DNA of 64,000 nucleotides from an uncultured Actinomycetes bacterium (GCA_963766445.1 CAVXZW010000029.1:28681-92680); one strand, 5' to 3'; positions 23,831 to 35,228 are shown, numbered from the stretch's first letter. Numbers and translations are program-made. Notes: generated by a model from the sequence alone, not told the origin.

Positions 23831-23859
23831 TAGTTGGTGACCCCCGCCACATCTAGAGT
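23831..23859 (+). promoter_or_regulatory. Candidate promoter giving a leaderless DUF503-rbfA transcript (-10 TAGAGT)
   Basis: TAGAGT at 23854-23859 ends 6 nt before the ATG at 23866. The -35 (TAGTTG, 17-nt spacer) is weak. Confidence 0.3.
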
Positions 23860-23865
23860 GGAGTC

Positions 23866-24174
23866 ATGACGGAGGGCTTCGTGGGCATCCTACGGTTCGA
23901 GCTGCACCTGCCCGAGAACGGCTCGCTGAAGGGCAAGCGCAAGCACCTGCTGAGCGTCAAGAGCCGGCTGGAGCGGCGCTTCGGGGCGTCCGTCGCCGAG
24001 ATCGGGTACCACGAGCTGTGGCAGCGGTCGCTGCTGGTGATGGTGGTGGCGCGGCGTGAGGCGGGGGACGCGATGCACGCCCTGGACGAGGCCCGCAGCT
24101 ACCTTTCATCGCAGGAGTTCGAGCTGGCGCGCGCGGACGCGCAGGTGCTGTCGGTCGAGGAGGCAATCGGGTGA
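23866..24174 (+). CDS. DUF503 (YlxP-like) protein
   Basis: 102 aa ('LRFELHLPENGSLKGKRK...'). It occupies the conserved slot between infB and rbfA. Confidence 0.75.
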   Translation: MTEGFVGILRFELHLPENGSLKGKRKHLLSVKSRLERRFGASVAEIGYHELWQRSLLVMVVARREAGDAMHALDEARSYLSSQEFELARADAQVLSVEEAIG

Positions 24175-24566
24175 GCGAGCGGATGCGACGGGTGAACGAG
24201 TCGCTGCGCAAGGTGCTGGCGGACGGAGTCGAGCGGCTGGGCGACCCCTCTGTGGGCTTCGTCACGGTCACCGGCGTCCGGGCCACCACCGACTTCAGCC
24301 AGGCCATCGTCTACGTCAGCGTGCTCGGCAGCGAGAAGCGGCGCACGCGCTCGCTGCGCGCGCTCGAACGCGCGCACGGCGTGCTGCAGCAGCGTGTTGC
24401 GCGCGAGTTGCGTCTGAGGCGTACCCCTCAGCTGATCTTCCAGTATGATGAGACCCTTGATCGTGCTCTGCGCATGAGCGAACTGCTTGATCAGGTTGTG
24501 CCTGCGCCGCGTCCCGAAGAGCACGTCAACGAGACTCCCGATGACAGACAGCCCGACCTCCCGTGA
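24171..24566 (+). CDS. rbfA: Ribosome-binding factor A
   Basis: GTGA overlap with the preceding gene. Motifs 'RMRRVNESLRKVLA' and 'VTVTGVRATTDFSQAIVYVS'. Confidence 0.9.
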   Translation: MSERMRRVNESLRKVLADGVERLGDPSVGFVTVTGVRATTDFSQAIVYVSVLGSEKRRTRSLRALERAHGVLQQRVARELRLRRTPQLIFQYDETLDRALRMSELLDQVVPAPRPEEHVNETPDDRQPDLP

Positions 24567-25560
24567 GCTTGACGACGTGGTGGCCGCACTCGCGGCGGCC
24601 GACCGCGTGCTGATCGCGTCTCACGAGAATCCCGACGGCGACGCCATCGGCTCGATGTCCGCCGCGGCGCTCGCCCTGCGCGCCGCCGGCAAGCAGGTGC
24701 GGCTGTACCTGCACCCCGATTCGCCGCTGCCCCACGAGTACGGGTTCCTGAACATGCACGGGCTGGAACGCAGCATCGAGCCCGGCTCGACCGAGGGCTG
24801 GACGTTGCTGGCGCTGGACTGCGGCAACGAGTCGCGCCTCGGCCCCGACCACGAGCAGCTGCGGGCCGGCTTCGCGCAGGTGATCGACGTCGACCACCAC
24901 CACGACAACTCCCGCTTCGGCGACGTCAACTACGTGGACGGCCACGCCTCCTCGACCGCCGAGATCCTGGCGCGCATCTGCGACGGGTTGGGGATCGAGC
25001 TGACGCCCCAGATCGCGGAGGCGCTCTACGTCGGCCTGGTGACCGACACCGGCCGCTTCCAGTACCGCACCACGAGCCCGGCGTCGCTGCGGCTGGCGGC
25101 GCGCCTGGTGGAGGCCGGCGCGGACGTGCACAAGGTCTTCGAGCTGGTGTTCGAGACGCTGCCGCTGGGCAAGATGCAGCTGCTGGGGCGCGTGCTCGAG
25201 CACATGCAGTCCTACGAGGGCGGCCGGCTGCTGGTCAGCTATGTGACGCGGGACGACCTGGCGCTGGTGGAGGGTGACGAGGCCACCACGGAGGGCCTGA
25301 TCGACAACCTGCGGGCGGTGGACGGCGTCCGGGTGGCGGCGCTGATCCGCGAGCAGGTGCCGCACCCCGACGGGACGATCACGCCCAACCGCGTGTCGCT
25401 GCGCTCGCGCGGCTCGATCGACGTGTCCCAGATCGCGCGCAAGTCGCAGGGCGGCGGCCACAAGCAGGCGGCCGGCTTCTCGCACCCCGGCAGCATCGAG
25501 GAGATCCGCGAGTTCATCGTCGATGAGGTCGCAAGCCAGCTGGCCGAATCCGCCGCGTAG
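24541..25560 (+). CDS. nrnA: DHH/DHHA1 phosphoesterase, NrnA-like oligoribonuclease/pAp phosphatase
   Basis: Motifs 'SHENPDGDAIGS', 'DVDHHHDN' (DHH) and 'GGGHKQAAG' (DHHA1). Confidence 0.8.
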   Translation: MTDSPTSRELDDVVAALAAADRVLIASHENPDGDAIGSMSAAALALRAAGKQVRLYLHPDSPLPHEYGFLNMHGLERSIEPGSTEGWTLLALDCGNESRLGPDHEQLRAGFAQVIDVDHHHDNSRFGDVNYVDGHASSTAEILARICDGLGIELTPQIAEALYVGLVTDTGRFQYRTTSPASLRLAARLVEAGADVHKVFELVFETLPLGKMQLLGRVLEHMQSYEGGRLLVSYVTRDDLALVEGDEATTEGLIDNLRAVDGVRVAALIREQVPHPDGTITPNRVSLRSRGSIDVSQIARKSQGGGHKQAAGFSHPGSIEEIREFIVDEVASQLAESAA

Positions 25561-25570
25561 ACTGCGGCGC

Positions 25571-26422
25571 GTGACAGGACTGCTGCTCGTCGACAAGCCC
25601 GCGGGACCGACGTCGTTCGCGGTGATCCGCCGGCTGCGGCCGCTGACCGGCCCGAAGGTGGGGCACGCCGGCACGCTCGACCCGTTCGCGACCGGCCTGC
25701 TGCTGGTGCTGGCAGGGCGGGCGACGCGGCTGGCGACGTTCCTGTCCGGCCTGGACAAGCGCTACCACGCGGTCGTGCAGTTCGGTGCGGTCTCCTCGAC
25801 GCTCGACCCGGAGGGGGAGATCTCGCAGACCGGCGGGCGGACGGACGCCGCCGCCGTGGAGGAGGCGGCGTCCGCGCTCACCGGCGAGGTGCTGCAGGAG
25901 GTGCCGCTGGCCTCGGCCGTTCGGGTCGATGGAGAGCGCTCCTACACGCGCATGCGGCGGGGCGAGATGGAAGCGCCGCCGCCGCGGATGGTGACGATCG
26001 AGCGGCTGGACGTGGTCTCGTTCGACGAGGGGGCACAGCGGGCGGTGATCGACGTGCGCTGCTCGAAGGGCACGTACGTCCGCCAGATCGCGGCCGACCT
26101 GGGTGCCGCGACGGCGGCCGGCGGCTACTGCAGCGAGCTGCGGCGCACGGAGGTGGGGGAGTTCACGGTGGATCGGGCGGCCTCGCCTGAGCGGATCCTG
26201 GAGGATGGCGAAGGGCCGTGGATGATCCAGCCGCGCGAGGCGCTGCCGCACCTGCCCGAGCGGGTGCTGGACGGCAGCGAGCTGGAGGATGTGCTGCACG
26301 GGCGGATGCTGCCGGCGGCTGGTGAGACGGGGCCCGTGCGGCTGGTGCACGACCGGCGGCTGGTCGCGATCGGCCGCCCGGACGAGCGCGGATTGCGACC
26401 GGCCGTGGTGCTGGGCCTGTGA
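25571..26422 (+). CDS. truB: tRNA pseudouridine-55 synthase
   Basis: GTG at 25571. Motifs 'LLLVDKPAGPTSF' and 'GHAGTLDPFATGLL'. Confidence 0.92.
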   Translation: MTGLLLVDKPAGPTSFAVIRRLRPLTGPKVGHAGTLDPFATGLLLVLAGRATRLATFLSGLDKRYHAVVQFGAVSSTLDPEGEISQTGGRTDAAAVEEAASALTGEVLQEVPLASAVRVDGERSYTRMRRGEMEAPPPRMVTIERLDVVSFDEGAQRAVIDVRCSKGTYVRQIAADLGAATAAGGYCSELRRTEVGEFTVDRAASPERILEDGEGPWMIQPREALPHLPERVLDGSELEDVLHGRMLPAAGETGPVRLVHDRRLVAIGRPDERGLRPAVVLGL

Positions 26423-27357
26423 TCGAGACCAGCCTCGATCGGGCCGAGCCGGCGGCACGCACCGTGGCGCTGGGCAGCTTCGACGGCGTCCATCTCGGCC
26501 ACCGGCGCGTGATCGAGGCCGCGATCGCGGCAGCGGCAGAGCGCCGGACGCGCTCGAGCGTGGTCACGTTCGAGCCGCATCCGATGGTGGTGCTGCGCCC
26601 CGAGCTGGCTCCCCACGAGCTGTCCACGCCGGAGCGGCGGTCGCAGCTGGTGGCAGAGCTGGAGCCGGACGAGCTGATCGTGATCAGCTTCGACCATGCC
26701 TTCTCACAGATCGAGCACGACAAGTTCGCAGAACAGGTGCTGCACGACGCCCTCGATGCGCAACTGGTGATCGTGGGCCGCAACTATCGCTACGGGCACC
26801 GCGCGCAGGGGTCGATCGAGACGCTGGCAGCGTCCGGGCAGCGGCTCGGGTTCGAGGTGCAGCCGGCGCCGCTGCTGGAGCTGGACGGCGCGCCGGTCTC
26901 GTCGTCGCGGATCCGCGACCTGTTCGGGGCGGGGGAGGTCGAGCATGCGGCGCGGCTGCTGGGAAGGGCGCCGTGGCTGGAGGGCACGATCGTGCGCGGC
27001 GATGGGCGCGGCCGCGAGCTGGGCTTTGCGACCGCCAACCTGGAGTCGGCGCCGCGAAGTGCGATGCCGGCGATCGGCATCTACGCCGGGCGCGCGCACC
27101 TGCCGGGGGAGTCGCACGCGGCGGCGATCAGCGTCGGCTACAACCCGACCTTCTCGGACGAGCGGGAACGCGTGCGCGTCGAAGCGCACCTGCTTGACTT
27201 CGACCGGGACATCTACGGGGAGCCGCTGCTGATCGAGTTCATGCGGCGGCTACGCGGCGAGCAGCGGTTCGGCACGGTCGAGGATCTGGTCGCCCAGGTG
27301 CACCGCGACATCGACGCCGTCCGCGCCGAGCCGCTGGTCTGGCAACCGCTCGGGTGA
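26419..27357 (+). CDS. ribF: Bifunctional riboflavin kinase / FAD synthetase
   Basis: Motifs 'GSFDGVHLGHRRV' and 'GDGRGRELGFATANL'. GTGA overlap with truB. Confidence 0.92.
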   Translation: MIETSLDRAEPAARTVALGSFDGVHLGHRRVIEAAIAAAAERRTRSSVVTFEPHPMVVLRPELAPHELSTPERRSQLVAELEPDELIVISFDHAFSQIEHDKFAEQVLHDALDAQLVIVGRNYRYGHRAQGSIETLAASGQRLGFEVQPAPLLELDGAPVSSSRIRDLFGAGEVEHAARLLGRAPWLEGTIVRGDGRGRELGFATANLESAPRSAMPAIGIYAGRAHLPGESHAAAISVGYNPTFSDERERVRVEAHLLDFDRDIYGEPLLIEFMRRLRGEQRFGTVEDLVAQVHRDIDAVRAEPLVWQPLG

Positions 27358-27632
27358 TAGAGAGGTGCCGGGCACCGTCGTACCACCCGCGACGTCGCCG
27401 TGACCCGTACGCGACGGTCCGGCCGTGCGGGTGGAACGGGGGTGCCGGGCACCGTCGTCACGCGCGTGACCGCGGCGTGACCTGCTGGTAACAGACGGGT
27501 ACTACCAGAACGTTGCGGCGAGACAACGGCCGCTGCGACGGTGCCTGGCACCGGCGTTCCAGAGGGTGTCACCTGGAGGTTGCGGGAGCGCAACGGCCGC
27601 TGTGACGGTGCCCGGCACCTCTCTATCACCCG
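27351..27632. repeat. 282-bp structured intergenic element: 29-nt perfect terminal inverted repeats plus four copies of the palindrome GGTGCC(G/C/T)GGCACC
   Basis: Left arm 27351-27379 (cgggtgatagagaggtgccgggcaccgtc) is the exact reverse complement of the right arm 27604-27632. Palindrome copies lie at 27364-27376, 27441-27453, 27540-27552 and 27607-27619. The element fills the whole gap between convergent ribF and the S51 peptidase gene. Confidence 0.85.
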
Positions 27633-27633
27633 T

Positions 27634-28314
27634 CTACAGGTTGCGCACCGCCAGCGGCTGCGGGCCGCCGGCTTCCACGCGGAAGGCGCGGCCGCCGGGG
27701 GCCTCGCTGACCGCCTCGGCAAGCTCGGTGCCGCGGAACACCAGCCCGACCCCGTCGTCCGCCGCATAGCCTGCCGGCAGCACGCCTTCGGCCACCCACC
27801 GCTCGTACGTCGGCTTCCGCAGCAGCTCGCCGTCGTAGTGCGGGCAGAAGCTCCCGGCAAGGAAGCCGAGCCCGTCGTTCAGCGGTGCCAGGTCAGGCCC
27901 GAACGAGTCGGTCGAGCACGCGTCGAACCAGCAGTTCGCGCCGGCCGATACGCCCGCCAGCACGATCCCGCGCGACCACGCCTCGCGCAACACCACGTCC
28001 ACGCCGTGCAGCCGCCAGATCGCCAGCATGTTGGCCGTGTTGCCGCCGCCCACGTAGATCACGTCCTGCGACAGCAACAGCTCCGCGATGTCGGAGACCT
28101 CGCGATGGAACAGCGTCAGCACCGACAGCTCGGCCATCCCCGCCAGCCGCTCCCGCACCAGCTCGATCCACTCGGCCGCATCGCCGCCCGCGGTCGGCAG
28201 GTAGCAGGCGCGCGGCCGCTCGGCACCGGTCAGCTCCAGGATGAACCGCCGCAGCCCGCCCTCCTCACCGGCGAACCCGCCGCCGCCGAGGGCGACGATG
28301 CACGGCTCGCTCAC
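27634..28314 (-). CDS. Peptidase S51 family (dipeptidase E / cyanophycinase-like)
   Basis: GTG at 28314 overlaps the UXS stop (GTGA). Motifs '[12 protein letters not shown]' and '[11 protein letters not shown]' (Ser nucleophile motif). Confidence 0.75.
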   Translation of the reverse strand: MSEPCIVALGGGGFAGEEGGLRRFILELTGAERPRACYLPTAGGDAAEWIELVRERLAGMAELSVLTLFHREVSDIAELLLSQDVIYVGGGNTANMLAIWRLHGVDVVLREAWSRGIVLAGVSAGANCWFDACSTDSFGPDLAPLNDGLGFLAGSFCPHYDGELLRKPTYERWVAEGVLPAGYAADDGVGLVFRGTELAEAVSEAPGGRAFRVEAGGPQPLAVRNL

Positions 28315-29249
28315 GTCGCGACTGCGGTCACACCCAGACTCTCGAGCGTGCGGCGAAGACCCTCTTCGAGCGCCACCTTCGGCTCCCAGTCGAGCACCTC
28401 GCGGGCACGGGTGATGTCGGGCTGGCGCACCTTCGGATCGTCCTCGGGCAGCCCTTCGTAGACGAGCTCCGACGTCGTCCCGGTCATCCGCTGGATCACG
28501 TCGGCCAGCTCCAGGAGCGTCATCTCGTTGGGATTGCCGATGTTCACCGGCATGTGGTAGTCGCTCATCGTCAGCCGGAAGATGCCCTCGATCAGATCGT
28601 CCACGAAGCAGAACGACCGCGTCTGGCTGCCGTCGCCGAAGATCGTGATCGGCTTGCCCTCCAGCGCCTGGCGGATGAAGTTGGGGATCGCGCGCCCGTC
28701 GTGCTGGCGCATCCGCGGCCCGTAGGTGTTGAAGATGCGCACGATGTGCGTGTCCACGCCCTGCTGGCGGTGGTAGGCCATCGTCAGCGCCTCGGAGTAG
28801 CGCTTGGCCTCGTCGTAGACGCCGCGCGGCCCGACCGGGTTCACGTTGCCCCAGTACTCCTCGCGCTGCGGGTGCACCTCCGGGTCGCCGTAGACCTCGG
28901 ACGTCGACGCCAGCAGAAAGCGGGCGCGCTTGAACTTGGCCAGGCCCAGCGCGTTGTGGGTGCCGTAGGAACCGACCTTGAGCGTGTGCAGCGGCAGCCG
29001 CAGGTAGTCGACCGGGCTGGCGGGGCTGGCCAGGTGGAACACCGCGTCCACCGGCTCGTCCACGTCGATGAAGTCCACGCAGTTGTGGTACCGGAACTCG
29101 AACCGGTCCTCGCGCAGGTGCTTGACGTTCATCAGCGACCCGGTGTCGAGGTTGTCCAGGCAGATCACGCGCCACTCGCGCGCCAGCAGGTACTCGCAGA
29201 GATGGGAGCCGAGAAAGCCCGCTCCGCCGGTGACTACCGCAGTGCTCAC
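28311..29249 (-). CDS. UDP-glucuronate decarboxylase (UDP-xylose synthase), SDR family
   Basis: GTG at 29249. Motifs '[12 protein letters not shown]', 'STSEVYG' and 'YDEAKRYSE' (YxxxK). Confidence 0.88.
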   Translation of the reverse strand: MSTAVVTGGAGFLGSHLCEYLLAREWRVICLDNLDTGSLMNVKHLREDRFEFRYHNCVDFIDVDEPVDAVFHLASPASPVDYLRLPLHTLKVGSYGTHNALGLAKFKRARFLLASTSEVYGDPEVHPQREEYWGNVNPVGPRGVYDEAKRYSEALTMAYHRQQGVDTHIVRIFNTYGPRMRQHDGRAIPNFIRQALEGKPITIFGDGSQTRSFCFVDDLIEGIFRLTMSDYHMPVNIGNPNEMTLLELADVIQRMTGTTSELVYEGLPEDDPKVRQPDITRAREVLDWEPKVALEEGLRRTLESLGVTAVAT

Positions 29250-29429
29250 GCCGATCTGCCCCTCTCGATGGTGAACGGTTCCGGCCAAGCGTACATGCGC
29301 CGGCCCGCGGCAAGCCCGGACCAGGCCCTGTGCTACCCTGCCCCTCGACCGCATCGCGGATCGGCGCAGCTTGCCGGCGTCGTTCTGGGTTGTCGGCGTC
29401 TAGCTACGACTGGCAAGGAGGTGGTAGGC

Positions 29430-29699
29430 GTGCCGCTTACCAAAGAGCAGAAGACGGAGATCGTTGGCGCACACGGCCGGGATACGAATGACACCGGCTC
29501 GACCCGGGTGCAGATCGCACTCCTGACCCAGCGGATCACCGAGCTCACGGAGCACATGAAGGTACACCAGCACGACCACCACTCACGCCGCGGCCTGCTG
29601 AAGCTGGTCGGCCGACGGCGCCGGCTTCTGACCTACATGCAGAAGCACGACCTGGAGGGCTACCGCGCCCTCATCAAGGAGCTGGGGCTGCGCCGCTAG
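29430..29699 (+). CDS. rpsO: 30S ribosomal protein S15
   Basis: GTG at 29430 is preceded by AAGGAGG. The 89-aa product contains '[45 protein letters not shown]'. Confidence 0.95.
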   Translation: MPLTKEQKTEIVGAHGRDTNDTGSTRVQIALLTQRITELTEHMKVHQHDHHSRRGLLKLVGRRRRLLTYMQKHDLEGYRALIKELGLRR

Positions 29700-29715
29700 A
29701 GGCGGCCAACCCCAA

Positions 29716-29746
29716 GCCCATCAGAGGATGGGCCGGCGATCCGGCC
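29716..29746 (+). terminator. Tandem GC hairpins between rpsO and pnp (rpsO terminator / pnp leader structure)
   Basis: GCCCATC-agag-GATGGGC, then GGCCGG-cgat-CCGGCC. No U tract follows. Confidence 0.3.
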
Positions 29747-29772
29747 GGCCCGAGGAAGGGACGATCGAAGAC

Positions 29773-32261
29773 ATGAGTATCGCAGTGGAGCCAGAGGCAA
29801 CACGGCTCTCCGTCGCCGTGGGCGGCCGGGAGATCACATTCGAGACCGGAGTCGTGGCCAAGCAGGCGCACGGCGCCGTGCTGGTCAAGCAGGAGGGCAC
29901 CGTTGTCCTGGCGACCGCCGTCGGGCGCACGGAAGGACGGCCTGGCGCCGACTTCTTCCCGCTCACCGTGGACGTCGAAGAGAAGATGTACGCCGCCGGC
30001 AAGATCCCGGGCGGCTTTTTCAAGCGCGAGGGACGGTCGGGCGAGAAGGCGATCCTGACCGCGCGCATGGTCGACCGGCCGATCCGGCCGCTGTGGCCGA
30101 AGGGCTACAAGAACGAGGTGCAGGTGATCATCACCACGCTCTCGGCCGACCAGGTGCACGGACACGACATCCTCGGCATGAACGGCGCGTCCGCCGCGCT
30201 GATGCTGTCGCCGCTGCCCTTCATGGGCCCGGTGGGCGCAGTCCGCATCGGCCGCATCGACGGCCAGCTGCTGCTGAACCCGACGCTGGTGGAGCTGCAG
30301 GACTCGACGCTCGACCTGGTCGTCTGCGGCACCCCCGAGGCCATCACCATGGTCGAGGCCGGCGCCGACGAGATCGACGAGGACACGTTGGTCGAGGCGC
30401 TCGAGCTGGCGCACGGTGCCATCAAGCAGATTTGCCAGCTGCAGATCGAGCTGGCGGCCAAGGCCGGCATGCCGAAGTGGTCCGACGGTGCCGTCACCGA
30501 GCAGCTGCGCTCCAGCCGCTCCGGCGACCTGGCAGCGGCCATCCAGGCCGGTGGCCTGGCGGCGCTGCAGCCCAAGGCCGACGCGGTCTTCCGCGAGGAG
30601 GCGCCCGAGATCAGCGGTTCCTCCAGCGAGGCCGACATGCTGCAGCGGGTGCGCACGCAGTTCGCCATCGAGCAGCTCGTGAGCGAGGCCCGCGACGCGG
30701 CCGTCTACCCCAAGGTGAAGCAGCAGTTCACCGACCAGGTGCGCGCGCTGTCCGACGCCGAGCAGGACTCCAAGGAGCTCAAGTCGGCCAAGCGGGCTGC
30801 CCTGCTCGAGCAGATCGAGGCCGAGATCGATCTCGGCTTCCCCAGCCGCGGCGAGGCCGACGAGCACGGCCACGCAGATCTCGACCCGCTGGCCAAGGCG
30901 GCCGTGGGATCGGCCACGGACAAGCTCTACAAGGAGGTCGTCCGCACCAAGATCGCGGTCGACAAGCGCCGCCCCGACGGCCGCTCCGAGACGGAGATCC
31001 GGCCGATCTGGTCGGAGGTCTCGGTGATGCCGAGGACGCATGGCTCCGCCCTGTTCACGCGCGGCCAGACGCAGGCGCTGACGCTCTGCACGCTGGGCAC
31101 TGGCAAGGAGGAGCAGCGCATCGACGACCTCTCGCTGGATCAGACCAAGCGCTACATCCACCACTACAACTTCCCGCCCTTCTCGGTCGGGGAGACCGGG
31201 TTCATGCGCGGCCCCAAGCGCCGCGACATCGGACACGGTGCGCTGGCCGAGCGGGCGCTGCTGCCCGTCATCCCCGGCGCGGATGACTTCCCCTACACGC
31301 TGCGGCTGGTGTCGGAGATCATGGAGTCGAACGGCTCCTCGTCGATGGCATCGGTGTGCGGGTCGACGCTCTCGCTGATGGACGCGGGCGTGCCGATCAA
31401 GGCGCCGGTGGCGGGCATCGCGATGGGCCTGATCAAGGAAGGCGACGCCTACGTGATCCTGACCGACATCCAGGGAGCCGAGGACCATCTCGGCGACATG
31501 GACTTCAAGGTCGCGGGCACCGAGGCGGGCGTCACGGCGCTGCAGATGGACATCAAGATCACCGGTGTCACCACCGAGATCCTGCGCAACGCGCTGTCAC
31601 AGGCGAAGGACGCGCGGCTGTTCATCCTGGACGCCATGCGCGAGGCGATCGCCGCGCCGCGCGAGGACGTGGCGGCACACGCGCCGCGCATCGTCTCGAC
31701 CAAGATCCACCCCGACTACATCGGCATGGTGATCGGCAAGGGCGGCGAGACGATCCGCTCGCTGAGGCCGAGTACGAGGTGCAGATCGACATCGAGGAGG
31801 ACGGCACGATCCGCATCTACGGCACCAACGGCGAGCTGGCCGAGGGCGCCCGGCGCGAGATCGACGCGATGACGAAGGACATCGAGGTGGGCGACACCTA
31901 CGATGACGCCGAGGTGGTCAAGCTGGCCGACTTCGGCGCCTTCATCTCGCTGCGCAAGGGCGTCGACGGCCTCCTGCACGTCAGCCGGATCCTGCCCAAG
32001 GGCAGCCGGCTGGCATCGGCCGAGCAGGTGCTGGCGCGTGGCGACAAGGTGCGCGTGACCGTGGTCGAGGTCGACAAGGACCGCGGCCGCATCGGCCTCA
32101 CGCTGGTGGCCAAGAAGACCGACGACGGCGGCGAGATCACGCCCGAGCAGCTGATCGCGGTGGCCGAGGCCAACCCCGCACCGGAGCGCTCCGAGAGCGA
32201 CCGCCCGCGCGGCGGTGGCGGCGGCCGTGATCGCGGCCGCGGACCCCGGCGGGACAGGTAG
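29773..32261 (+). CDS. pnp: Polyribonucleotide nucleotidyltransferase (PNPase), one frame break ~31764, RG-rich C-terminal tail
   Basis: Two RNase PH domains, then a KH domain ('[13 protein letters not shown]') and, in a second frame (ORF 31356-32261), '[16 protein letters not shown]', an S1 domain and the tail '...[20 protein letters not shown]'. Confidence 0.92.
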
Positions 32262-32344
32262 CAGGGCTGCGGCGGTCTGACCCTTTCGAGGGACAGACCG
32301 CCGCAAACCCCACTGCTAGAGTGGCCCCAGTGCAGCGGTACACC

Positions 32345-33617
32345 ATGACCACGCTCGATGGCGGAGAGCGAATCGTCACCGAGCGTGTCCGGTCGGTGCG
32401 CTCCGTCGCGCTCGGGATCTGGATCGGTGCCGGTTCCCGTGACGAGACCGCCGAGCGCGCCGGCATCAGCCACTTCATCGAGCACCTCCTGTTCAAGGGC
32501 TCGTCCCGCTACTCGGCGTGCAGATCGCGCAGGTGTTCGACGGCCTCGGCGGAGAGCTGAACGCCGCCACCGCGAAGGAGTACACGGTGCTCTACGCGCG
32601 GGTGCTGGACGCGCACCTGGAGTCGGCGCTGGACGTGATGAGCGACATGCTGCTGGCGCCAACCTTCGACGCGGACGAGCTCAACTCCGAGCGCGAGGTG
32701 GTGCTGGAGGAGATCGCGATGTACGAGGACAGCTTCCACGACCTCGCCCACGACCTGATCGCCGGCGCCGTGTTCGGCGCCCATCCGCTGGGCCGGCCGG
32801 TGATCGGCACCAGCCGCGGCCGTGAACGCGATCGACACCGCCATGGTGCGCGACTACCACGCGAACCGCTACGTCGGCCCCAACATCGTGATCGCCGCGG
32901 CCGGCAACCTCGAGCACGAGCCGCTGGTGCACGCCATCCAGCAGCGCTTCGAGGCCTACAGCAAGGTGCCCGACCCGTCGGCCGGCGTGCGGCCGGTCTG
33001 GGTGGGCGAGTCGAGCCCGCAGACCGTGTTCCAGGCCAAGGCCAGCGAGCAGTACCACGTCTGCCTGGGCGGCGCTCGGCCTGCAGCGCTCCGACCGGCG
33101 CCGATTCGCCGCCTCGCTGCTCGACTCGATGCTGGGCGGATCGGCATCGTCGCGGCTGTTCCAGGAGATCCGGGAGCGGCGCGGCATGGCCTACTCGGTC
33201 TACACGTTCGGCTCCCAGTACGCCGACACCGGCATGGTCGGCGTCTACGTCGGCACCCGCGAGGACAACCTGGCCGAGTGCATGCGCATCACCGCCGACC
33301 AGCTGGTGCGGATGGGGCAGGGGGAATTCGCCGACGACGAGCTGCGGCGCTCCAAGGAGAACCTGAAGGGGCGGATCATGCTGTCGATGGAGTCGACCTC
33401 GAACCGCGCCAGCCGGCTGGGCAAGTCGGTGCTGACCGACACCGAGCTGCTGTCGCTCGACCGCATCTGCGCCGAGATCGACTCCGTCGAGCCGGAGGCG
33501 GTGGCGTCGCTGGCCCGCCAGCTGTTCGCACCCGATCGCCTGTCGGTGTCCGGCGTGGGGCCGGACGAGGATCGCTTCCGCGAGGCCGTGGCCGCGCTGA
33601 ACCCCGCGCTCGCCTGA
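32345..33617 (+). CDS. M16 family zinc peptidase (pitrilysin-like), three frame breaks
   Basis: HxxEH motif 'HFIEHLLFKG'. Four colinear ORF pieces (32321-, 32518-, 32822-, 33129-) include 'LGGSASSRLFQEIRERRGMAYSVY'. Shifts occur at ~32517 (-1), ~32814 (+1) and ~33073 (+1). Confidence 0.85.
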
Positions 33618-34730
<1,113 letters not shown>

Positions 34731-34731
<1 letters not shown>

Positions 34732-35186
34732 CAGGCGCCACCGACCGGATCACCGACGCGCAGCTCGCCGCCGTCCAGGATGTCGCCGCGCACGCCCGCG
34801 CGGTGCACCAGCGCCTTGATCGTGCGCGGGTCGCCCAGGTAGACCTGCAGGTCGAGGCAGGGCTCGCAAAGCTCCGTGGCGCGGCAGCGCAGCGGCCCGA
34901 CCCGAAACTCCTTGCCGACCAGGTCGTTCAGCCGCACGCCCCGGGTCACGACCTGGCGGCGCGAGCGTCCCTCCGCGAGGTCGAGGCCGTGCTCGTCCAG
35001 CACCGCCTCGATCACCTCGGCCTCGATCAGCGTGATCGCACAGCCGGTCGGGATCCAGCGGTCGGGCGGGCTGAAGTTGCGGTCGCCTTCCAGGCCGCGG
35101 CCGGCGTGGGCCTGCACCGACGCCACCTCGATCGGCGTCTCGCCGCTGCGCGGAACGATGAAGATCTGCTCGACCGATCCAGCCAC
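34731..35186 (-). CDS. MOSC domain protein
   Basis: 151 aa with 'GLEGDR' and 'ELCEPCLDLQ' (conserved Cys region of MOSC). Confidence 0.8.
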
Positions 35187-35228
35187 TGCGCGCAGGAGTT
35201 TAGATCGCGGAGGAGTAGAATCGATCGT

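Noticed and set aside
22009-23856. 615-aa plus-strand ORF across the antiporter locus.
   Set aside because: The composition is dominated by R/H/Q/D/G repeats. The minus strand encodes a coherent 12-TM antiporter with an RCK_C domain.
27364-27619. CRISPR array, suggested by four similar short palindromic repeats.
   Set aside because: The repeats are only 13 nt and the spacing is irregular (77, 99 and 67 nt). The intervening sequences pair with each other, the whole unit is bounded by inverted rather than direct repeats, and no cas genes are present.
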